The notes under the pieces are model-generated. The model ran no database searches. It was not told the DNA's origin and saw only the letters and a list, made by a program, of their open reading frames with translations. A stretch of DNA of 64,000 bases from an uncultured Candidatus Saccharibacteria bacterium (lineage in GTDB: Bacteria > Patescibacteriota > Doudnabacteria > UBA920), in contig CAZHER010000003.1 of NCBI GenBank assembly GCA_964532005.1, positions 21,399-85,398 of the forward strand, read 5' to 3'. How positions within the stretch are numbered: position 1 is the first letter of the stretch; each line of letters starts with the position of its first letter. Shown here piece by piece: positions 57,431 through 64,000 of the stretch. Both the position numbers and the translations under genes were made by a program.

Positions 57431-57472
57431 CAGAAGACGCCTTGCTTTTAAACAAAGGCATCTTAAATTGTA

Positions 57473-58969
57473 TTATTGGATTCCCGCTTGAGTCAATTCA
57501 TGAGGTCCTGCTGTAATTCCACCTACTGTGCCCCCAAGACAGAATGTGAGCCGGTATTCTCCAGGTCCATAATAAGCGTATCTGTACTGGTTTTGCTCAG
57601 ATGTGCAGGTTCCTCCCGGTGGTTCCGGTGCTGTTGGTACTGTTCCTAAATAAAGATCAGCAAGATCATTTAGTGATCCTGGATAAGATGATTTATCATT
57701 GTAGTAAAGCTCCAGTGCTGATGCGATTTGTCTTACGTCAGCTAATCGTTTTGCGTCTGCTGCCTTACCTAGCGCATCTCCAAGAAGATCGAAAGCGCCT
57801 TGGGGTTCTGAAATCACTTTCTTTTGTCCGTAATCACTGTAGGTGGCATCAAGCCTAAAAGTACCAGTAAATTTTATTTTATCCATAAATGTTTCCATCT
57901 CTTTTTTTTGTTTTGCTATTGAGTTCACATCAGCCGTGCTGAAGTCTCCAAATTCTTCAGAGAACAGTTTTATTATTGAAACAAAGGAAGGTGCATTGCT
58001 AACCAAATGCATTTTATAGAGATTATAGTCTTCAGAACCCACCCACACATCTAGTTCTTTAACTTCAATTTTACTCAATAGTTTAGCAAAAAAAGCGTCT
58101 ACTAGTTCTTTGTCGTCATCAGACCACGATACATTCTCATCAAGAGAGGCAAGACCCATTAAGCTTTCCATTAATGCTTTTTTTGTCGCTTCTTTGTCTA
58201 GTTCTGCTTTGAAGTGGAGTGTTCTGGCATCATTGACTTTATCCCTACCAACATACTTTTTGATTTTGATTGCCCTGTTATCTAACCATATCTGCCGCAT
58301 TTTTTCCTCGAAAGCAGGATCAATAATTTTTTTGAACAGTTCAGCATCGGCGCTGGACTGGTCCGCAGCAGCTTTATCAATATCAACCATCACCCATTCA
58401 ACATCTTTATTCTCTGGACCTGCTATTCCGCTCAAGAACGGTATGTCACCCACTTTGTAGAAAATCTTTTTGTTTAAAGATCGAAATTCAACACCGCTTG
58501 AAAAGCTTGTATTGCCACTAGAAACGCTAAAATTTAAGTTGCCGTCAAATTCAGGGCTTGTCGTATCGGTAAAATCGGCGTATGTGTCTCCATCAATGTT
58601 CAATTTAATGTTTTTCAGTACTATACCCAGATCGTTATTTGGGTCTTCGTATGATTCAGGATCTGTGTATTCCATTGAAAATTTCGCATTGTACATTTTT
58701 TCATCAGACTCTCCAGTGTAAAACCTGTCCCAGATTTTGCTGGGTGACAACACACTCAGACCTTTAACTGAGTATCCTTGAGAGTAGCTACCGTACCCAA
58801 CAGCACCCAAAATTACAAGCAAGCCTACCAAGCCACCGATTATTTTATATTTTGTTCTATTTTTGCTTGGTTCAGGGTTCGGATTGAGTTCAGGACTAAT
58901 TTCTATCCCTGGTTTTACCTCATTAACCTCAATACTAGGTGTGGGAGGGTATAATTCATTTTCGTTCAT
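57473..58969 (-). CDS. membrane-anchored protein with C-terminal type IV pilin/pseudopilin-like domain
   Basis: N-terminal TM; C-terminal IASALELYYNDKSSYPGSLNDL...YRYAYYGPGEYRLTFCLGG resembles GspG-type pilin cores. Confidence 0.45.
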   Translation of the reverse strand: MNENELYPPTPSIEVNEVKPGIEISPELNPNPEPSKNRTKYKIIGGLVGLLVILGAVGYGSYSQGYSVKGLSVLSPSKIWDRFYTGESDEKMYNAKFSMEYTDPESYEDPNNDLGIVLKNIKLNIDGDTYADFTDTTSPEFDGNLNFSVSSGNTSFSSGVEFRSLNKKIFYKVGDIPFLSGIAGPENKDVEWVMVDIDKAAADQSSADAELFKKIIDPAFEEKMRQIWLDNRAIKIKKYVGRDKVNDARTLHFKAELDKEATKKALMESLMGLASLDENVSWSDDDKELVDAFFAKLLSKIEVKELDVWVGSEDYNLYKMHLVSNAPSFVSIIKLFSEEFGDFSTADVNSIAKQKKEMETFMDKIKFTGTFRLDATYSDYGQKKVISEPQGAFDLLGDALGKAADAKRLADVRQIASALELYYNDKSSYPGSLNDLADLYLGTVPTAPEPPGGTCTSEQNQYRYAYYGPGEYRLTFCLGGTVGGITAGPHELTQAGIQ

Positions 58970-58982
58970 AAATTTGGCTTAA

Positions 58983-59936
58983 TTATAGGTTAATAAATTT
59001 TTTATACTTTATTTTACTGACTTCTGAATTATACCATTTTATAAAAGCAGATTCATTAGCTTTAGAGTCAATTTTTCCTAAATTAAACAAAATACTTTGA
59101 AAATGGACGCTACCAGATTCTAAGTCGTCTTGCTTTATGGAAAGTATTCTTATGATATAAACCCCAAATCTGGTAGGAACAGTAATTGTCTTTCCAGGTT
59201 CTGTATTTAATATTATCTCCTTAAGTTCCGGGGCAAGGTTGTTGATAGGTATCTGGCCACTATCGCCGCCAAATTGTCGTGTAGCAGGGTCTTCTGAATA
59301 TGTTCTTGCTAGCTCTTCAAAGGGTACACCCTTTTTTAACTTTGATTCTACTACTTCTAGTGTCTCGTATAGCTTCGGATTAAGCCCTTTGTCTTTATAA
59401 AATGCTATTGCTAGTTTTACTTTTAACAGATCTGGCTCCAAAGCCTTTTGCTTAAAATATTCAGGAGAGAATTGATATTTTTCTTGTAATAAATTTTGAA
59501 AGTTTTCTTGTCCGCCTTCTTGTTCAGCGATTCTAGCGTATTCTTTATCCACTTCATCAGTTGACATAGATAGGTTTTTGGCTTCGGCTAGTATTATTAG
59601 TTTTTCTACTTCCGCTAACCTGTCCAAAATATCTATTTTTGCCTGTGCAGTATCGAAACTCTTATCTTCCCCATAAATTTGCACCGCCATGTCATATCTT
59701 GAAAAAAGTTCGCGACCACCGATATAATGACTGCCTACTTTGGCAACCGGCAGATTTGTTTTATTGAATATTGCAATTTTTGACTTTGAAGCCGGAGAGC
59801 TATACAACCAAAATCCGAAAGAAATACCCACCGCTATCACTAGAAGAAAAACTCCTCCGATAATCGGCAGTCGGTTTATAATCAGCCAGTGTTTGGCAAC
59901 TGGCTTTTCAGTTTTTGATTTAACACTTTTGACCAT
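58983..59936 (-). CDS. membrane-anchored PpiC/parvulin-type peptidyl-prolyl isomerase (PrsA/SurA-like)
   Basis: Parvulin core FEELARTYSEDPATRQFGGDSGQIP...GKTITVPTRFGVYIIRI. Confidence 0.7.
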   Translation of the reverse strand: MVKSVKSKTEKPVAKHWLIINRLPIIGGVFLLVIAVGISFGFWLYSSPASKSKIAIFNKTNLPVAKVGSHYIGGRELFSRYDMAVQIYGEDKSFDTAQAKIDILDRLAEVEKLIILAEAKNLSMSTDEVDKEYARIAEQEGGQENFQNLLQEKYQFSPEYFKQKALEPDLLKVKLAIAFYKDKGLNPKLYETLEVVESKLKKGVPFEELARTYSEDPATRQFGGDSGQIPINNLAPELKEIILNTEPGKTITVPTRFGVYIIRILSIKQDDLESGSVHFQSILFNLGKIDSKANESAFIKWYNSEVSKIKYKKFINL

Positions 59937-59951
59937 TATATATAGCTGTAA

Positions 59952-60341
59952 TTAATTTTGCTTAGAAAAAAAATATTTCCACCATTTTTGAGGGTTAGTT
60001 TCAGGATCAGGTCTGGTATCCTCAGGAGACGGAGCTGTTATTGCCGGCGGGAAATTTACAACAATCTCTCCTTCTTTTTTTAGGTTTAGTTGCTGTCTTG
60101 CAATTTTTTCCCTGTATTCATCATTGTTTAAATATTCCAGCGAATCTTTTAAAGCTTGATTTTTTTCGATAAGCTCCTGCTCCTGTTTTTGAAGCTCAGC
60201 AATTTCCTTATTATATTTAGCACGCTTGTTTAATTGCTTAAATTCTAAATACCCTATAGAAACAACCAAAACCAACAAAATGGCAATAACCATTTTCGAA
60301 AACAGAAGTTTTTTAAATTTTGATTGTGTTTTGGAGGCCAT
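59952..60341 (-). CDS. septum-formation initiator FtsB/DivIC-like
   Basis: TM plus coiled coil and the REKIARQQLNLKKEGE motif. Confidence 0.65.
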   Translation of the reverse strand: MASKTQSKFKKLLFSKMVIAILLVLVVSIGYLEFKQLNKRAKYNKEIAELQKQEQELIEKNQALKDSLEYLNNDEYREKIARQQLNLKKEGEIVVNFPPAITAPSPEDTRPDPETNPQKWWKYFFSKQN

Positions 60342-60355
60342 ATATTAATTATTAA

Positions 60356-62152
60356 CTACTTTCGCAATACTGCCAAGAACGCTTCTTGTGGAATATCTAC
60401 TTTACCTATTTTCTTCATCTTCTTTTTACCAGCTTTTTGTTTGTTCAACAGCTTCATTTTTCTGGTAACATCTCCTCCATAAAGGTATCCAGTTACGTCC
60501 TTGCGCAATGCAGATATGGTCTCACGGGCAATAATTTTGCTACCTATTGCAGCTTGAATCGCAATTTCAAATTGTTGTTTCGGTATCAGAGTTTTGAGTT
60601 TAGCTACTAGATCCCTTGCATTTGTATCAGCAGTAATTCTATGTTGTATTGCTGCCAGGGCTTCTACTTTTTCTCCACCTATGAGCACATCAATTTTTAC
60701 CAGATCTCCTTTTCTTAGCTCAATGAACTCGTAATTCAGTGAGGCGTACCCTGAAGAGACGCTTTTCAACTTATCATAAAAATCAACAATAATATTTGCT
60801 AGAGGCATTTCAAACATCATTTCCACACGGTCACTGCCCAGATAATTAATCCCAAGACTTATTCCTCTACGATTAGTAACTATCTCCATGATCGAACCTA
60901 TATAGTCAGTTGGGGTTAGAATTGCAACTTTCATCCACGGCTCTTGAATTTCCTCCACCAGTGTTGGATCAGGTAGTTGTGAAGGGTTGGTGATTGAAAA
61001 CGATTCACCATTTGTTTTGATTATTCTATATGCAACACTGGGGGATGTCAGGATTAAGTCTAAATTATATTCTCGAGACAATCTCTCTTGAACAATATCC
61101 ATATGCAGTAGACCTAAAAAGCCGCAGCGAAAACCAAAACCTATACTAGGAATATTTTCCGGCTCATAAATAAGGGCCGCGTCATTTAGTTTTAGTTTTT
61201 CCATAGCATCTCTTAACAGAGGGTAGTCATCGCCGGAAATCGGAAATATACCCGCATAAACCATAGGTTTTACTTCCATGTAACCAGGCAAAGGAGTGAC
61301 TTTGGATTTTTCATTTATAAGTGTTACTGTGTCCCCAACTCTAGCTTTGCTAACATCCCTTAATCCAGTCACTATATAACCAGTCGATCCACAGGGAAGT
61401 TCATTACTTTTTTCCATTTTAGGTTTAAAATATCCAATTTCCAGGGTTTCTGCTTGGGTATTGCTTCCAGGCATGTATATTTTGTCTCCGGATTTGATCG
61501 TGCCGTCTACAATACGCACAAACGTGATAACCCCTCTGTGAATATCATAGATCGAGTCAAAAATAAGAGCTCTGGTGGGCTTATTACTTGCACCCTTCGG
61601 TGCCGGAACCTTTTCTATAACAGCTTTTATGAGCCCTTCAACGCCCTCCCCCGTTTTGCCCGATGTGTAAATAATTTCATCTTCAGAAAAACCAAAAACT
61701 TTAATCAGTTCATCGGCTGTCTTTTTGCGGTCCGAATTAGGTAGGTCTATTTTATTTACAACCGGTATTAGTTTTAGGTTATGCTCAACTGCTAAATATG
61801 CATTAGCCAAAGTTTGTGCTTCTATCCCCTGGGTGCTATCAACTACCAATACAGCCCCTTCACAAGCAGCAAGACTGCGCGATACCTCATAACTAAAGTC
61901 TACGTGACCTGGCGTGTCTATAAGATTTAATGTATAGTCTTTACCCCCCATTTTGTAATTCATTCTAACCGGTTGGAGTTTAATTGTTATACCTCTTTCG
62001 CGTTCCAAATCCATTTGGTCAAGTAGTTGGTCTTTCATTTCCCGTTTGGTTACGGTGTTTGTGATTTCCAAAAGTCGGTCAGCAAGAGTGCTTTTACCGT
62101 GGTCTATGTGAGCAATAATACAAAAATTCCTGATTTGTTCTTGTTGTGTCAT
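60356..62152 (-). CDS. lepA: elongation factor 4
   Basis: G-domain AHIDHGKST and the LepA C-terminal domain; 598 aa. Confidence 0.95.
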   Translation of the reverse strand: MTQQEQIRNFCIIAHIDHGKSTLADRLLEITNTVTKREMKDQLLDQMDLERERGITIKLQPVRMNYKMGGKDYTLNLIDTPGHVDFSYEVSRSLAACEGAVLVVDSTQGIEAQTLANAYLAVEHNLKLIPVVNKIDLPNSDRKKTADELIKVFGFSEDEIIYTSGKTGEGVEGLIKAVIEKVPAPKGASNKPTRALIFDSIYDIHRGVITFVRIVDGTIKSGDKIYMPGSNTQAETLEIGYFKPKMEKSNELPCGSTGYIVTGLRDVSKARVGDTVTLINEKSKVTPLPGYMEVKPMVYAGIFPISGDDYPLLRDAMEKLKLNDAALIYEPENIPSIGFGFRCGFLGLLHMDIVQERLSREYNLDLILTSPSVAYRIIKTNGESFSITNPSQLPDPTLVEEIQEPWMKVAILTPTDYIGSIMEIVTNRRGISLGINYLGSDRVEMMFEMPLANIIVDFYDKLKSVSSGYASLNYEFIELRKGDLVKIDVLIGGEKVEALAAIQHRITADTNARDLVAKLKTLIPKQQFEIAIQAAIGSKIIARETISALRKDVTGYLYGGDVTRKMKLLNKQKAGKKKMKKIGKVDIPQEAFLAVLRK

Positions 62153-62156
62153 AAAG

Positions 62157-63779
62157 TTATTGTACCGACTGACTCTTAAATTTTTTAACCAAGTTCCTCA
62201 TTAACAACTCAAATGTTTTAATTTGTCTTAGACCCAAAATTCGTCCTGTAATTGCAAAAAACAATAATCCTAAAGTAGCAGCGAGCCCGGCCTGAATGAA
62301 AATTCCCAAAATAGTGTGTGTATCTACGAAAGGAGCCACTATTTGTAGAACGCCATAACTCACTATACCAAGCGGTATGCTACTTACACTGGCTTTGAAA
62401 ACCGTATTAATGATACCTGTGTCAAAATCTTTGACAGCGGCTTTAGGTATATTAGGGTCTTTGGAGAAATGGTGATGTATCCAAATTAGCAAAACCATGC
62501 AGTTGAAAATACTGGCAGCAGCAAAACCGATTGCCAATCCAGCAACTCCTATCCGCGAAGCTAGGACATAGGATAGGCACGCATTTAGCACTAGACTAGC
62601 GAGACTTGCAACTACCGGTATCCAGGTATTATAGCGGGCATAGAAGGACCGCGCCAGCAGTGGAATAAGTGATTGACTGAATAGAGCAAAGCTAAATATA
62701 CCTAGCGCTGTGAAGGTCAGCCTTGTATCATCCCAGCTAAATTGCCCGTATCCGTAGGCTAAACGAACTATATATGCCCGGAAAAGTAGCATCATTACAG
62801 TAAATGGAATTGCAAAAAACAATACCTGTTCCATACTTTGTTGCAAAGTTTTTACAAATTCACTATCTTTTCCTGTATTGTGCAGTTCCGTGAGTAAGGG
62901 AAATGCAGCAATGGCAGCTGATACAGCAAAAATTCCTACAGGAAAAGCCAAAAGATCATTAGCCAGGTTAAACACACTAATAGATCCAGCGGCCAAATAG
63001 GAACCAATTACTGATACAACTATAAGGCTGACAAATGATGTATCTAGTCCAAAAACTCTCGGTAAAATAAGTTTGAATATTTTTTGTACTCCATAATGCT
63101 TCCATGGCAAAATAGGCTGCCAAGAGTACCCCTGCCGCCTCAGTTCCGGAATCTGGACCATACTATGCATTAGTGCCCCCAACAATACACCAATACCAAG
63201 ACCGGTTAAACCATACCTTGGATACAGTACTAATAATCCAAACAGTATTCCTGCATTGTAGAATATGGGTGCAATGTTTACTATAAAAAATCTTTTATAA
63301 GTTGAAAGAATACCAGTGAAAATGTTGGATATAGTGAACAGTAGAGGAGAAATGAGCAAGATTCTGGTTAGAGAGGCTGTGGCTTCAAGCTTTTCCGGAC
63401 TGAATCCTGGCACCAGAAGTTCAGTCAGTGGCCTGACAAATATGAATAATAAAATTACCAACAGCCCCATAACCACCAAGCAAATATTCAAAATTCCATT
63501 TGCAACCCTGTATGCCTCAGTTTTATCTTTTCTAAGGAAATCTCCGAATACTGGAATAAAAGCAGCGCTTAAAGTCCCCAATATTAGAAAGTTATACAAA
63601 ATGTCCGGTATGCGAAAAGCTGTCAGGTATATATCCAAGGTGTCGCCTGCGCCGAAAGTTTTTGTCAAAAACAGTTTTAAGACAAACCCTGATAGTCGGG
63701 AAATAATCGTGAGGCCTGCAATTATTGCAGTGGCTTTGCCAATAGAAAAATTGTCGTCTAAAATCCTAAGCTTAAACAT
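62157..63779 (-). CDS. murJ: lipid II flippase MurJ
   Basis: 14-TM MOP-superfamily protein whose N-terminal region matches the MurJ family. Confidence 0.85.
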   Translation of the reverse strand: MFKLRILDDNFSIGKATAIIAGLTIISRLSGFVLKLFLTKTFGAGDTLDIYLTAFRIPDILYNFLILGTLSAAFIPVFGDFLRKDKTEAYRVANGILNICLVVMGLLVILLFIFVRPLTELLVPGFSPEKLEATASLTRILLISPLLFTISNIFTGILSTYKRFFIVNIAPIFYNAGILFGLLVLYPRYGLTGLGIGVLLGALMHSMVQIPELRRQGYSWQPILPWKHYGVQKIFKLILPRVFGLDTSFVSLIVVSVIGSYLAAGSISVFNLANDLLAFPVGIFAVSAAIAAFPLLTELHNTGKDSEFVKTLQQSMEQVLFFAIPFTVMMLLFRAYIVRLAYGYGQFSWDDTRLTFTALGIFSFALFSQSLIPLLARSFYARYNTWIPVVASLASLVLNACLSYVLASRIGVAGLAIGFAAASIFNCMVLLIWIHHHFSKDPNIPKAAVKDFDTGIINTVFKASVSSIPLGIVSYGVLQIVAPFVDTHTILGIFIQAGLAATLGLLFFAITGRILGLRQIKTFELLMRNLVKKFKSQSVQ

Positions 63780-63782
63780 GAA

Positions 63783-64000
63783 TTATTTTTGTTCTAATAT
63801 TATTCCCACAAACTGGTCGAATTCCGTATCAAATTTGTAGACCACAGAATCATTTACACTTTGTAAATTTTTGTTATTCCAATAAAGTCGTCTGTCCGCG
63901 TGCTTCAGTTGGTATGTAATTTGATAAGGAGGCACTCCGGGCTGTCGCTGGAATAAGAGGCTATGCTTGTCTATTGAGTTCAACAGAAATGGAAGTTTGT
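63783..64000 (-). CDS. hypothetical protein, probably the C-terminal part of a gene extending beyond the window end
   Basis: The frame is open upstream of the TTG at 63983 to the window edge. Confidence 0.25.
   Translation of the reverse strand, partial: KLPFLLNSIDKHSLLFQRQPGVPPYQITYQLKHADRRLYWNNKNLQSVNDSVVYKFDTEFDQFVGIILEQK

Overview
This is an AT-rich, gene-dense bacterial chromosomal window. I called about 65 CDS, most on the minus strand, with many 1-4 nt gene overlaps. The gene content (small genome style, secreted hydrolases fused to pilin-like anchors, a minimal CCA enzyme) is compatible with an ultra-small, possibly episymbiotic (CPR/Patescibacteria-like) bacterium, but I cannot establish taxonomy from sequence alone. 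The organism uses the standard code: TGA is used as a stop and a full-length RF2 is present.

Core genes recognised:
- def, gltX, iscS-like cysteine desulfurase, rpmA, pyrG, rplI, ftsE-ftsX and prfB.
- A thymidylate cluster: dcd, a T4-like dNMP kinase, tmk, thyA, folA.
- secE-nusG-rplK-[SPFH insert]-rplA.
- gyrB, pheS with a standalone tRNA-binding-domain gene, and a complete F1Fo ATP synthase operon (atpZ-like, B, E, F, H, A, G, D, C).
- NUDIX plus two HD hydrolases, a PpiC-type isomerase, ftsB-like, lepA, murJ.
- Five minus-strand tRNAs: Asp-GTC, Met-CAT, fMet-CAT, Thr-CGT, Gly-CCC.

Accessory or unusual content:
- A secreted or surface 'degradative arsenal' at 1.1-12.6 kb: CAP-domain protein, M23 peptidase, three consecutive T4SS-pilin-like N-terminal modules fused to SLT or C39-like hydrolase domains, a VanX-like dipeptidase lipoprotein and an SNase-like nuclease. 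Two of the pilin-fusion genes share an exact 423-bp duplication.
- A translationally coupled nuclease-rich cluster at 38.9-45.3 kb: RmuC, unknown, NYN, unknown, PIN, UvrD-helicase/PD-(D/E)xK nuclease.
- A perfect CIRCE operator upstream of hsp20.
- A GC-rich roughly 350-bp island with terminators on both strands and a tiny SD-ATG ORF, which I could not assign to any known RNA family.
- A Lys/Ala-repeat histone-H1-like protein.

No rRNA, CRISPR array or obvious transposase was seen.
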